From the NCBI GenBank assembly GCA_037190965.1, contig JBBCKI010000064.1, positions 12,254 to 76,253 of the forward strand: a stretch of 64,000 nt of DNA. Direction: 5' to 3'. Under the pieces are notes generated by a model. That model was given only the letters and a program-made list of their open reading frames with translations. It ran no database searches and was not told the origin of the DNA. Made by a program: the position numbers and the translations under genes. The DNA is from Chthoniobacteraceae bacterium. Lineage in GTDB: Bacteria > Verrucomicrobiota > Verrucomicrobiia > Chthoniobacterales > Chthoniobacteraceae. Below, piece after piece: positions 18,272 through 28,105 of this stretch. Position 1 is the first letter of the stretch, and every line of letters begins with the position of its first letter.

Positions 18272-19201
18272 CTACTTTCTGTAGTTAGGCTCGTGCGAGG
18301 GCATTTTTTGGTCTTGCTGGAGGACTGATTCAAATAGATCGCCGAACTCTTCGACGCGCGCCAAAGTTTGCTGGCAGGTGAAGTCGAGCAGATCGGGATC
18401 CTTTTTTTTCAAGCAGCGTTGCACCTCTTCCCAGGTGACTGGAGTGGAGACCGTCGGTTTCTCCCGTGCCCGCAGGGAATAGACGCAAACGGTGGTTTTG
18501 TGGGCGTCGTTCTGGCTCCAGTCGATGAAGATTTTGCCCTTCCGCAGGCTCCGCTGCATTTGTGCGAGGATTTTGCCGGGGTGCTCCCGGGCGAGGTGGG
18601 TTGCGAGGTCCTTGGCGTGGGCTTTGCTTTGGTGAAAGGAAACACCGGGCGCCAGCGGGACATAAACTTGCAGCCCCTTGGAGCCGGAGGTTTTGGGATA
18701 TGCTTTCAAATTCGCCTTTTCCAGCAGCGCCCTAAGCCGCAAAGCAACTTCGCAACAAAGCACGATGTTGGCGGGAGGTCCGGGGTCGAGATCGAAGACC
18801 ATCGCGGTGGGGTGTTTCGGCGTTTCGGCGCAAGCCAGCGAGGGATGAAGCTCCAGGCTTGCGAGATTGGCCGCCCAGACAAGGGATGGAAGCGCGTCCA
18901 CGAGACAATAGGCGACCGTTTTGCCGCTGGACCCGCTTCGGATGGGGACGGTTTTCACCCAGGGAGGGCGGTGGGAGGGGCAGTTTTTTTCGTAAAAGAA
19001 TTCTTCTGCAACACCGTCGGGGTAACGCTTCAGGGTGAGCGCGCGGTTCCGGAGGTGCGGCAGCAGGAATGGAGAAATGCGGATGTAATAATCGATGACA
19101 TCCGCTTTGGTAAAGCCGATCGCCGGGTAGAGCACTTTGTCGAGATTGGAGAGGGCAATCCTGCGGCCCTCGACCTCCAGTGTCTCGGCTCTCTTCGTCA
19201 T
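18272..19201 (-). CDS. ligD: Stand-alone LigD polymerase/primase domain (NHEJ)
   Basis: 'LSNLDKVLYP..GFTKADVIDYY', 'RYPDG', 'VFDLDPG', 'KTSGSKGLQ', 'IFIDWSQN'; no ligase or phosphoesterase domain. Confidence 0.88.
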   Translation of the reverse strand: MTKRAETLEVEGRRIALSNLDKVLYPAIGFTKADVIDYYIRISPFLLPHLRNRALTLKRYPDGVAEEFFYEKNCPSHRPPWVKTVPIRSGSSGKTVAYCLVDALPSLVWAANLASLELHPSLACAETPKHPTAMVFDLDPGPPANIVLCCEVALRLRALLEKANLKAYPKTSGSKGLQVYVPLAPGVSFHQSKAHAKDLATHLAREHPGKILAQMQRSLRKGKIFIDWSQNDAHKTTVCVYSLRAREKPTVSTPVTWEEVQRCLKKKDPDLLDFTCQQTLARVEEFGDLFESVLQQDQKMPSHEPNYRK

Positions 19202-19215
19202 GGGAAAAAGGGAAT

Positions 19216-19243
19216 ATGCGGCCCCGCTTTCGCGGGGCCGCAT
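19216..19243 (-). terminator. Probable intrinsic terminator after the DUF4142 gene
   Basis: 12-bp stem ATGCGGCCCCGC/GCGGGGCCGCAT with GAAA loop on the minus strand, followed by a pyrimidine/T tract. Confidence 0.6.
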
Positions 19244-19281
19244 TATGATGAAAGGGCCTGTCGGGCCGAAGGCGCTCTAGT

Positions 19282-19959
19282 CTAGTCTCCCCCTGTGCTG
19301 GCGCCTTTCTTTTGCGGCTGCTGCATCGAGGGTTTGCTCTTCTGGGGTTGTTTTTGATTTTTCTCGCCGACGGCCTCCGGACGGGCGCTCTGGAGGGCTG
19401 ATAGATGGTTCTTCAACCGCGGCAGCATGCTTTCCGCCCATCCCTTGATTTCAGGATCGGAGGTGCGGCTGCGTTCTCTCTCGAAGGTGGAGATGGTCTG
19501 TTGGGTGTTCTGGACCTGGTCCTGCATGAACGCCTTGTCAAACTGCTCCCCGGATTTTGACTCCAGCGCGGCCACTTTCTGTTGCTGCGCCTTGGTGGGG
19601 CTGCTCGGCAGCGTGATCCCCTTGCTGGCCGCCAGTTTTTCAAGCTGCTGGTTGGCCGCGGTGTGATTGCGGACGATGTCCTGAGCGATCTTGCGAATCT
19701 CCGGGTTGGTCGAAGTCTTCTCGGCGATTTTGCCGAGCTCGATTTCGTACAGATTCGATTCTGCCGCCTTTTGGAGGAAGGCCTGATCGGTTCCTGGCAC
19801 TGCGGCTTTTTCTCCCACCGGTTGGGGTTTCGTGGTGTGCGGCTGGTTTTTGGTGGTGGCCGCGCCGGCTGGGGCGCCTGATTCGGCGTGGGCGTTTCCT
19901 ATCAGGGCCAGCGCCGTCACGGCGGAGGCAAGAGCAGTGATCGACTTGATGCGTTTCAT
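19282..19959 (-). CDS. DUF4142 domain secreted protein (ferritin-like)
   Basis: Signal peptide; 'DQAFLQKAAESNLYEIELGKIA', 'FDKAFM', 'LPRLKNHL'; AAGGAG SD. Confidence 0.85.
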   Translation of the reverse strand: MKRIKSITALASAVTALALIGNAHAESGAPAGAATTKNQPHTTKPQPVGEKAAVPGTDQAFLQKAAESNLYEIELGKIAEKTSTNPEIRKIAQDIVRNHTAANQQLEKLAASKGITLPSSPTKAQQQKVAALESKSGEQFDKAFMQDQVQNTQQTISTFERERSRTSDPEIKGWAESMLPRLKNHLSALQSARPEAVGEKNQKQPQKSKPSMQQPQKKGASTGGD

Positions 19960-20050
19960 GAATGGAACTCCTTGTTGTTATGGGACGCCCCTGGTTTGCG
20001 GGGCGCGCTAGGTTTGAATTCGCGGGCAGGGCGTCAGCCGGTTGTTTCCG

Positions 20051-20219
20051 GTTCAACCTGAAAATCGAAGTTAATCGCGGCGATCTTGTGCAATTTCCTG
20101 GGCAGAAACGGTTTCGTCGAAATTCGCCGTATCGCTGCGGATACGGCTCATTTATCCTCAACCGTTTCTGCTACAGGCTCTTGCACAATCTCATCCGCTC
20201 CAACATCGGTTTTCGGGTT
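20051..20219 (-). ncRNA. Candidate structured ncRNA, rod-hairpin family, copy 1
   Basis: Nested inverted segments (e.g. GCAGAAACGGTT 20102-13 / AACCGTTTCTGC 20160-71); loop motifs and spacing shared with 37671-37839; strand inferred from copy 2. Confidence 0.65.
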
Positions 20220-20303
20220 CATGAAACCTTTGGAAGGAACGGATAGACTTGCGCCGCGGTTCATCTGCACGGATGCTGCCGCCGGTTTTATTATTCATCC
20301 CTC

Positions 20304-22010
20304 ATGAATCTGTCGCCCGATCATCCCATAGCCGGCGTTCTTGCGCCGTTGTTTGCCCTTCGTTCCGAGCATGATTTGGGCATTGGTGATACTCGGACAT
20401 TGCGGGAGTTTGTCGATTGGGCGCACGAAATCGGGTTCCGCCTTGTGCAGCTCCTGCCGGTCAATGAAACCGGCAACGATCACTCGCCTTACAACGCGAT
20501 TTCCTCCGTTGCCATCGAACCGACGACCATCGCCACGCTGCCGGGAGAGATCCCCGATCTTCTGCCGGGCGACTACGAGGCGGTTCTGGCGGGGGCCGAT
20601 CTTCCGATGCTCCAGAGCGGACCGGTTTGCTACCGCGGGGTCAAGCCGCTCAAGCGCGAGTTGCTCCGGAGAGCTTTTGCGGTTTTCTCGGAAATAGCGT
20701 TGCAACGAAACGACGCGCGGGCCCGCGAGTTTCATGAATGGTGCCGCGAACAGGCGGGCTGGCTGGAGGGGTACACTCTTTTTCGCGCCTTGATGGATCA
20801 CAATGGCGGGAGCGAGCAATGGGACCGGTGGCCGCCGGAACAGCGGACGCTCCGGAGTGCACGGGGATGGCTGGCGACCCAATCCCCGGAGTTCCGCCGG
20901 AGTTTTGAAGAGAAGATGCAGTTCTTCCGCTACGTGCAGTGGATCGCCTTCGGGCAGTGGCAGCGGCTTAAGGCTTACTGCGACCGCAAGGGAGTCGCAC
21001 TGATGGGCGACGTGCCGATCGGCGTGAGTTACTATGGAGCGGACATCTTTTCGACCCCGGAGATCTTCGATTTCCACTGGTCGGGCGGAGCGCCCCCCGA
21101 GAAAGTTTTCAAGAGCGACCCGTTCACCGAAAAGTGGGGACAGAACTGGGGGGTGCCGATGTATCGCTGGGAGATCCTGCGCGAAAACGGCTTCGCCTGG
21201 TGGAAGGAGCGGGTGCGACAGGTGCGGGAGATTTTCCATCTCTTCCGAATCGACCATGTGCTTGGTTTTTATCGAATGTACGGGTTCCCATGGCGGCCCG
21301 AGCGCAACGCGGAATTTCTGCCGCTCAACGAGCGCGAGGCGCGGGAGCGCACTGGAGGCGAGTTGCCGCACTTCATCCCGCGCGACGATTCATCGTGGGA
21401 GAACCGCGAGGCGAACCGCCGGGAAGGGGAGACCTACCTGCGGGCGCTTCTGGAGGAGGTGGGGGAACATCGCCTGATCGGCGAAGATCTCGGCGTCGTG
21501 CCCGACTATGTCCGGCCCAGCCTGGCTTCACTAGGGATCGCCGGGTTCAAAATTCCGCAGTGGGAGCGGCAGCCCAATTGGCATCTCGTGCCGGGCAGGG
21601 ACTACCAGCGTCTCTCCATCGCGACGTATGCTACCCACGATCATTTGCCGCTGGCCGCGCTTTGGAAGCAGATGTGCGATGCCGCCGAGGCGGGAGACGG
21701 CCATCAGCGTTGGGAACTGGAGCAACTCGGCGCGTTCGCGGGGATCGGCGTTTACGGTCCGCAGCCGTTTACCCCGGAGATCCACGAGGCCCTGCTGGCC
21801 GCGCTCTTCCAGAGCAATGCCTGGATTGCGGTGGCGATGATCACCGATCTCTTTGGGAGCAGCAAACGCTTCAACGTCCCCGGCGCGGTGAATGATTCCA
21901 ACTGGAGCGAGCGTCTGAACCGGACCGTGGCGCAGTGGCGAAAGAACCCCGAGGTGGTTGAAAAAATGGCGCGCATTCGCGAGTTCATTGAACGGAGCGG
22001 GCGGGCTTGA
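20304..22010 (+). CDS. malQ: 4-alpha-glucanotransferase (GH77)
   Basis: 'GVLAPLFAL', 'MGDVPIGV', 'GQNWGVPMY', 'FRIDHVLGF', 'GEDLG', 'THDH'. Confidence 0.92.
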   Translation: MNLSPDHPIAGVLAPLFALRSEHDLGIGDTRTLREFVDWAHEIGFRLVQLLPVNETGNDHSPYNAISSVAIEPTTIATLPGEIPDLLPGDYEAVLAGADLPMLQSGPVCYRGVKPLKRELLRRAFAVFSEIALQRNDARAREFHEWCREQAGWLEGYTLFRALMDHNGGSEQWDRWPPEQRTLRSARGWLATQSPEFRRSFEEKMQFFRYVQWIAFGQWQRLKAYCDRKGVALMGDVPIGVSYYGADIFSTPEIFDFHWSGGAPPEKVFKSDPFTEKWGQNWGVPMYRWEILRENGFAWWKERVRQVREIFHLFRIDHVLGFYRMYGFPWRPERNAEFLPLNEREARERTGGELPHFIPRDDSSWENREANRREGETYLRALLEEVGEHRLIGEDLGVVPDYVRPSLASLGIAGFKIPQWERQPNWHLVPGRDYQRLSIATYATHDHLPLAALWKQMCDAAEAGDGHQRWELEQLGAFAGIGVYGPQPFTPEIHEALLAALFQSNAWIAVAMITDLFGSSKRFNVPGAVNDSNWSERLNRTVAQWRKNPEVVEKMARIREFIERSGRA

Positions 22011-22032
22011 CGCCAAGGGGCAGGGGACAATT

Positions 22033-23769
22033 CTAAACCTCGGAAGCGGCGGCTACGGCCGCAACTTCGGGCCGTTTCTCAAACACGGCGGTGAACCAGA
22101 ATAGCGCCCCGTTTCCCTCTGAGCTGTTTGCACCAATGGTGCCGCCCATGAGTTCGGTAAGCTGCTTGCAGATTGCGAGCCCGAGGCCGGTGCCGCCGAA
22201 CTTGCGCGTGGTGGAGGTGTCCACCTGCACAAACGGCTGGAAAAGTTGCGAGAGCCATTCCCCGGAGATGCCGGGGCCGGAGTCCCGGATCTCAAATTTC
22301 AAGGTGACGCGTTCGTCCATCTCGGCGTCAAGCCCGACGGTGACCTTGACGGTTCCCCGTTCGGTGAATTTGATGGCGTTGTGGACGAGGTTGAGCAAAA
22401 CCTGACCGAGTCGCCCTGGGTCCCCGTTGAGCTTTGTCGGCGTGCCGGGTTTGATCTCGCAGGAGAGATCGATGGCATTCTTCAAGGCGGGGGCCAGCAT
22501 ATCGAAGGTCCGGTCGAGCACTTCCTGAAGGTCGAAATCGCAGTGGGAAAGGCGAAATTTGCCTGCCTCCATCTTGGAAAAATCGAGGATGTCCTCGATC
22601 AGGCGCAGCAGGCTTTCGCCGCAGGTAGATGCTACCTTGGCATATTGGCGTTGGTCGTCGCTGAGCGGCGATTGGAGCAGGAGATCCGTCATGCCGATCA
22701 CGCCGTTGAGCGGCGTGCGGATTTCATGGCTCATGTTGGAGAGGAACGCGCCTTTTGCCTGATTGGCGGCGGCGGCTTCGAGGGCGAGCGCCTCCGCACG
22801 CGAGACGGAGGCGGCCAGTTCTTCGTTGGTGTTTTGCAGGCGGAGCTTGGACTCCACGAGTTCCAGGCGGGCATTGCTCCGGCCAATTTCAATGCCGGTA
22901 ATCATCAAATTGAATATCGTGGCGGTAAGGAGATAGGCCCAAAGCAGAAGAACGCTCTCGGTGGAGTCGGTATAAAGGAACGGGCCGCGCCCCGCCGCCG
23001 AACCCGCCGCGGCGATGGCTGCCAGCGCAAGAACGCCAAGCGATGTTCCCATCACGCCCAGCCGCAGGGCCGCCCAGATGGTCAGAAAAAATGGGATGAA
23101 GATCAGCGGGAGGATCTTCGAACCCGAGGGCAGGAAGAAGATCGTTCCCATCACGAGTGTCGAGACGGTGCAACAGATGATAAACTCCCGGTGCCTTTCC
23201 ATGAGTTTCCTCCAGTTATTCCGCGACGAGGAGAGGAGAATGGGCCCGGCGACAAGGACTCCCATCCAGTCGCCCAGCCACCAATAGCGCCAGGAATAGA
23301 AGAAGGACTCGATGGGGATCTCCCCGGCGAAATGAAGGGTGGAGACCCCCACCAGGGCGGAGATCATCATTCCGAGGCCGGTAAGACCGGAGAAGAGCCA
23401 GATGTCGCGCCGCCGGTCAAAATTGGCATGAAAGCCCGAGCGGCGGAGCATCCATGCCGCGCAGAGAGGCGCGAGAGTCTGCCCAGCCACGAGAAAGCCC
23501 GCTGTCGGCCATCCGATCCCGAAGGAAAATTCCTGAAGAATTGCCGCCGAGCCAAAAATTGCGGGCCAGTAGGAAAGCCCCCAGCGAAGCATCCCCGCCG
23601 TGGCGATCCCGGTGGGGAGCCAGATCAGGGTGATGGCCGGGTGCGGCAACGCAAGAAGCAGCCCGAGACGGGCGGCGAGGAAGTAGCAGAGCCCCAGGAT
23701 TAGCGCCTTAACTGCAACGGCGCCCATTCGTCTGGCTGTGCCTGCTTGATCGTAGGCTGGTGAGGGCAT
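22033..23769 (-). CDS. MASE1-domain sensor histidine kinase (no receiver domain)
   Basis: Multi-TM MASE1 'IWLPTGIA','WWLGD'; H-box '[12 protein letters not shown]'; 'GGTGLGLAI'. Confidence 0.9.
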   Translation of the reverse strand: MPSPAYDQAGTARRMGAVAVKALILGLCYFLAARLGLLLALPHPAITLIWLPTGIATAGMLRWGLSYWPAIFGSAAILQEFSFGIGWPTAGFLVAGQTLAPLCAAWMLRRSGFHANFDRRRDIWLFSGLTGLGMMISALVGVSTLHFAGEIPIESFFYSWRYWWLGDWMGVLVAGPILLSSSRNNWRKLMERHREFIICCTVSTLVMGTIFFLPSGSKILPLIFIPFFLTIWAALRLGVMGTSLGVLALAAIAAAGSAAGRGPFLYTDSTESVLLLWAYLLTATIFNLMITGIEIGRSNARLELVESKLRLQNTNEELAASVSRAEALALEAAAANQAKGAFLSNMSHEIRTPLNGVIGMTDLLLQSPLSDDQRQYAKVASTCGESLLRLIEDILDFSKMEAGKFRLSHCDFDLQEVLDRTFDMLAPALKNAIDLSCEIKPGTPTKLNGDPGRLGQVLLNLVHNAIKFTERGTVKVTVGLDAEMDERVTLKFEIRDSGPGISGEWLSQLFQPFVQVDTSTTRKFGGTGLGLAICKQLTELMGGTIGANSSEGNGALFWFTAVFEKRPEVAAVAAASEV

Positions 23770-23847
23770 CTGACCCTCTTATTATGAGCAAAAAACGACG
23801 CCTCACCAGCTAAAACGGCAATGACGAAAAAGCGTCCGATTTCGCAA

Positions 23848-23995
23848 GGTAGCCCGCTCGCGCCGTCGAGCGCGGGAGGTGATCATGTGGCGCGTTTGGC
23901 AGCTATCCCCGCAGCACGGCTGGTTCTGGTTGGGATGCGGCTTCAAAAGAGACACGGAAGCCGATACCCGCGCTCGGTGGCGCGAGCGGGCTACC
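23848..23995. repeat. GTAG-type REP-like inverted pair (family B)
   Basis: GGTAGCCCGCTCGCGCCGTCGAGCGCGGG at 23848-76 and a 27/29-identical reverse complement at 23967-95. Confidence 0.8.
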
Positions 23996-24016
23996 GGTGC
24001 TGCCGCACCTTTCGCA

Positions 24017-25075
24017 TCATGCGTCCAACGCACGCGACGTTCCTCCATTGGGAATTGCCGCGTGGTGTTGGTAGTCCGGATCCGTCTCCTGTTTCCTCTG
24101 GATTTCCGCAATTTCTTTCCAGACCGCGAGCAAGCCGTCCGGGCACGGAGGAAGATCGTGCCGAATCAAGGCATGCAGTTTGCCAAGGTTATAGCAGGGA
24201 ACGGCCGCGTACATGTGGTGTTCGGTATGGTAATTCATCTGCCAGTAGAGAAACCGGACCAGCGGGTTCAACGTGAAGGTCCTGCAGCATAGGCGGAAGT
24301 CGGGAACGTTGTCCTGAAGCCCGATGTGCTGGGTGTTATTGCAGAGAAAGAAAAGCCAGCCCCCATAAAACGGGGCTGCGGTAACGATGACGGGAACAAT
24401 CCACCAGCCCAGGCAAAGCGAAGTTGCGGCGATCACTCCGTGTCCAAGGATCAGGATTCTCGTCCATCTTATGGTGGGGATCCGTTTCTCAGGAAGCGAT
24501 TCGGGATAAAGGGCCATCTCCCAGTCTCCTTGAAACTTGCCGCGTGCGATGCGGAAGGTATCCCTGAGAGTGTTCCAGGCGAGCAGGGGACTGATAAAGC
24601 AATTGAGAAAGAAATGACGTACCATCAGGCGAATGGGCAGGACGACCTCCAGGTCGTCGGGTGGATGCAGGGTATAGCGGTGGTGCATCGTATGGCTGGC
24701 CTCGAATTTTTCATGGTTGATCCAGCCCAGAAAGGCGAGGAGATCGGCGAAGAAGCGATTGAGCCGCTTGGTTTTGAAAACCGTTCCGTGGCCGAGTTCA
24801 TGGACACCGTTCATCAGGAAGGCCGTAACGGTGCCGTGGAGAAAAACGGCCGACAGGGTTATCCACCATGCCCAATGGCGCGATGAATAGAATGCAGTCG
24901 CTCCTGTCGCCGCGAGGATGGCGAGATACCCCCCTGTCTGGATGAACCCTTTTAAGTCACTCCGCTGGTGCAGGGCTTTCATCTCCGGCGCAGGAATCGG
25001 AGTGCGATACCACTGGATGACCGGGCGTTTCCGCTCCTGGTCGGTGAACTTCGCTAGAGAGTCGGTCTGATTCAC
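24017..25075 (-). CDS. Membrane di-iron fatty-acid-desaturase-like protein
   Basis: His boxes HELGH, HTMHH, HTEHH; TM segments. Confidence 0.85.
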   Translation of the reverse strand: MNQTDSLAKFTDQERKRPVIQWYRTPIPAPEMKALHQRSDLKGFIQTGGYLAILAATGATAFYSSRHWAWWITLSAVFLHGTVTAFLMNGVHELGHGTVFKTKRLNRFFADLLAFLGWINHEKFEASHTMHHRYTLHPPDDLEVVLPIRLMVRHFFLNCFISPLLAWNTLRDTFRIARGKFQGDWEMALYPESLPEKRIPTIRWTRILILGHGVIAATSLCLGWWIVPVIVTAAPFYGGWLFFLCNNTQHIGLQDNVPDFRLCCRTFTLNPLVRFLYWQMNYHTEHHMYAAVPCYNLGKLHALIRHDLPPCPDGLLAVWKEIAEIQRKQETDPDYQHHAAIPNGGTSRALDA

Positions 25076-25140
25076 ACCGCGAAGCTAACAGGTCCGGATG
25101 CCCTTGCATTTCAAGCCGGTGGTGCAATACAATATCAAAC

Positions 25141-26037
25141 ATGGCTTTGTCGCGTGAATTGGCTCAAAGGGCCCGTGTCGAGATGAACCTGGCGGAACGT
25201 GGGGTAGCCGGAGTGCCCTTGCTGGGACGGTATAACTATGCGAGTGCCCGCTCGGCCTTGTCCGAGCATGTTCACGAGGACGCGATTGAAATCTGCTTTC
25301 TTGTCAAAGGCCGGCAGACCTATCGGTTGCGAGGAGAGACTTACCGGCTCAACGGGGGCGATGTCTTTATGACGCTGCCCAAAGAGCGGCACGGGACGGG
25401 AGGTTTCCCCGAGGAAAAAGGAGTGCTCTATTGGTTATGGATCGCCGCGCCTTCCCGGGGTGAACGGCTGCTCGGATTGCCTCGGGGGCAAGATCAGGCG
25501 CTTCTCAATGCTTTGCAGGGCGGTGATTCCCGGCATTTTCGGGGTTCCTGGGAAATGAAGGAGCATCTCGATGAGATCACCTCGCTCTATTTCCAGCCGG
25601 CAACGCCGCTGAATACCTTCGCGATGGCAAACCGCGTCGGGGCTTTTTTGGGAAACGTGATTGCCTGTGCAGGCAAAGCGCCCGCGCGCGGCGGCTCCCG
25701 TTCGCTCGAGCCCATTGCGCAATATATCGATGCAAATCTAGGGGAGCCGCTCCCGATTCCGCATCTTGCCGCGCGGGCGGGTCTATCCGTGGCCCGTTTC
25801 AAGGCGTGGTTCAAGCAGGAAGCAGGAGTGCCGCCGGGCGAATATGTTCTGCGGGCCAAAATCGAGGAGGCCCAACGGCGGCTGGCCCGGAGAAAGGCAA
25901 GCGTGACGGAGATCGCGTACGATCTCGGGTTCTCCACCTCTCAATATTTTTCCACCGTCTTCAAACGCTTTACCGGCGAAACGCCAAGCGATTTCCGGAA
26001 GGGGCGCTACGGATTCGTAGTCACTTCGCGGACGTAG
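25141..26037 (+). CDS. AraC-family transcriptional regulator
   Basis: Cupin 'HVHEDAIEICF'; HTH 'SVTEIAYDLGFSTSQYFSTVFKRFTGETP'. Confidence 0.9.
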   Translation: MALSRELAQRARVEMNLAERGVAGVPLLGRYNYASARSALSEHVHEDAIEICFLVKGRQTYRLRGETYRLNGGDVFMTLPKERHGTGGFPEEKGVLYWLWIAAPSRGERLLGLPRGQDQALLNALQGGDSRHFRGSWEMKEHLDEITSLYFQPATPLNTFAMANRVGAFLGNVIACAGKAPARGGSRSLEPIAQYIDANLGEPLPIPHLAARAGLSVARFKAWFKQEAGVPPGEYVLRAKIEEAQRRLARRKASVTEIAYDLGFSTSQYFSTVFKRFTGETPSDFRKGRYGFVVTSRT

Positions 26038-27563
26038 ATATTAACCTGCCCGTCGGAACTCCGCTTGATGTCGCGAATTTCGAAAGGGCGCATTTCGTCG
26101 CGAGAGAAATTTTCCTTCTCCTTGGGCGTGGCGGAGCCGGAGGGATATTCGACAATGATGCGGGTCTGTTGCTGCTTGGTAACGCTGCCGATGACGTTGC
26201 CCAGAGTGCTGTTGGAGCGGAGCACCGCCCGGTTGTCGCGGGCGGCGGTGACCACGAAGTTGCCGCGAAGATAGAGGCGTTCTCCGCCCGTGCCGCGATC
26301 GGCAAGCTCAGCGGCGTCGGAAAGGCCCAGAAGACGGCCGCGCGGCATTTGCCCGGGGGCATAGGTGCGCCAGGTGCCGCCGGAACTTCCGGCACCTGCC
26401 GGCGTGGCTGCCGACACCAGGAACGGCTGGAGAAGCGGTGACTTTGCCGGGGAGACGGCGGCGACTTCCGGGGTCGGAGCAGGTTCGACAGGGGCGGGAG
26501 TTACCGCGGGAGAGGCCTGGGCCACCGGGCGGTCGGGCACTTCAGGAACCTCGGGGACAATCGCGGGCGGGTTCGCGGGAACGGGCGGCAGGGCCTGCGG
26601 TGGCTCGGACTGTGGTTCCGGCACAACGGCGACTGCCTTCGGCGGCGTTTCCTCGGTGGGAACGGCGGGAGTCTGCTTTGGAGTGGGGGTCGCCACTTGA
26701 ACGATGGTGGTCTCAGCCGCCGGGACGGCGACAGGCACGGGGGCGGGTGCTCCCGGGCTCCCCGCGAGGCGGGCGTTCCGCGCTCTGACGGAATCCGCAT
26801 AGACCTTCAGGCAATCTTCCATCAACTGCCCGCGCACGACGGGAAGCCCGCCCGCGGGGTTGAGGATGGGCGGCGGCTCGAGGCTGAAAGAGCCGCTCCC
26901 TTGTTTGAGGGCGTAAGCTCCGTAAAGGAGTGGGACAACGGTGAATTGAAGCCGCCCGTCCGCCATCCGTTCCACATGAATCACGGCGGCGAGGTCGGTC
27001 ATCTTCTCCAGTTTGATGTCGAGCCCTGCGGCGAGCATCTGTCCCAGGATGGGAACCGATTTGGCGGGTGCCGTATAGATGTGTTCAATGACAACCTGCG
27101 GGAAATCGACTGACTGAGCCACCGCGACCACGCCCGACTTGAAGAAATTCTCTTCCTTCAGGTCGTAGGACTGCATGATCGTATAACGACCCGTCAAATA
27201 CGGAACCAGGCGTTTGGTGCTCTTGAAGTTATTGATGTAGTCACGGAGCAGCCCTTCGTTTTCGCGGTTCAGCTCGAAACGCGACATCGCGCTGTAGCGC
27301 TCAAAAGCCTTTTGCGGGGTGAGGAATTCGCCCGGAGGGGCCGCGGTCAGTTCGTACCGCTCAGGCGGCGTGAGTTTGCCGAGTTTTTGCAGGAGGCGGT
27401 AGCTCTCCGGTTTTTCCGGGTGGCCGAAGATGTAGAAAGAGCCCAGCCAGGTCGCCAGAGCGAGCCCGATCAGGATCAGGATGCCGACGGTCCAAAGAAA
27501 GAGATTGTCCCGCCCCGGCGGCGGTTCGTCGTAGTCGTGATGCCCGAAGAGATCGTCGTTCAT
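26007..27563 (-). CDS. Hypothetical membrane-anchored protein with Pro-rich linker
   Basis: 518-aa ORF; single N-terminal TM segment; P/A/E-rich region. Confidence 0.75.
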   Translation of the reverse strand: MNDDLFGHHDYDEPPPGRDNLFLWTVGILILIGLALATWLGSFYIFGHPEKPESYRLLQKLGKLTPPERYELTAAPPGEFLTPQKAFERYSAMSRFELNRENEGLLRDYINNFKSTKRLVPYLTGRYTIMQSYDLKEENFFKSGVVAVAQSVDFPQVVIEHIYTAPAKSVPILGQMLAAGLDIKLEKMTDLAAVIHVERMADGRLQFTVVPLLYGAYALKQGSGSFSLEPPPILNPAGGLPVVRGQLMEDCLKVYADSVRARNARLAGSPGAPAPVPVAVPAAETTIVQVATPTPKQTPAVPTEETPPKAVAVVPEPQSEPPQALPPVPANPPAIVPEVPEVPDRPVAQASPAVTPAPVEPAPTPEVAAVSPAKSPLLQPFLVSAATPAGAGSSGGTWRTYAPGQMPRGRLLGLSDAAELADRGTGGERLYLRGNFVVTAARDNRAVLRSNSTLGNVIGSVTKQQQTRIIVEYPSGSATPKEKENFSRDEMRPFEIRDIKRSSDGQVNIYVREVTTNP

Positions 27564-27638
27564 GAAGCGGTGTGGCTTGGCTTACCTGGCTTGGGACCTG
27601 GCTTGGAACGGGTGGGCGGAGACGGTATTCAGGTTATC

Positions 27639-27992
27639 TCAGGCGTGGTGATGTTTCGTTTCGTCCGTCTTGGAGGATTCGAAAGAAGTGCCGCATCCGC
27701 AGGATCGAGTGGCATTCGGGTTTCGGATGCGAAAACCTGCGCCTGCCAGTTCATCGGTGAAGTCGATGGTCGAGCCGCTCAGGTATTTCATGCTAAAGGT
27801 GTCCACGAGGACGCGGGCGTTCTCGCGCTCAATGATTTCATCGCCCTCTTTTGGGTGGTCGAGCACCATCCCATACTGCATTCCGGCGCACCCTCCCGCC
27901 TCCACAAATATGCGAAGCCCCTTGCCTTCGCCGGGGGCATCGGCAAGTAGAACCTGAAGTTGTTTGACGGCGGAGTCGGTGACAGTGATCAT
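27639..27992 (-). CDS. A-type Fe-S carrier (HesB/IscA/ErpA family)
   Basis: 'GGCAGMQY' and 'NPNATRSCGCGTSF'. Confidence 0.93.
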   Translation of the reverse strand: MITVTDSAVKQLQVLLADAPGEGKGLRIFVEAGGCAGMQYGMVLDHPKEGDEIIERENARVLVDTFSMKYLSGSTIDFTDELAGAGFRIRNPNATRSCGCGTSFESSKTDETKHHHA

Positions 27993-28105
27993 TTCGCTCC
28001 TGAAATCTTACCGATTTGCATGATCGAAGTCAAACTACGCTCCCAATCTCCCGGCACGCGGTTTTTCCGCGACTTCCTGCGTACCTGTAAATCGGTCTTC
28101 CCCCG

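Noticed and set aside
20051..20225. Rod-hairpin elements as integron attC sites (both begin with RYYYAAC)
   Set aside because: No matching GTTRRRY at the far end, longer than typical attC sites, located between divergent genes rather than after cassette ORFs, and no integrase present.
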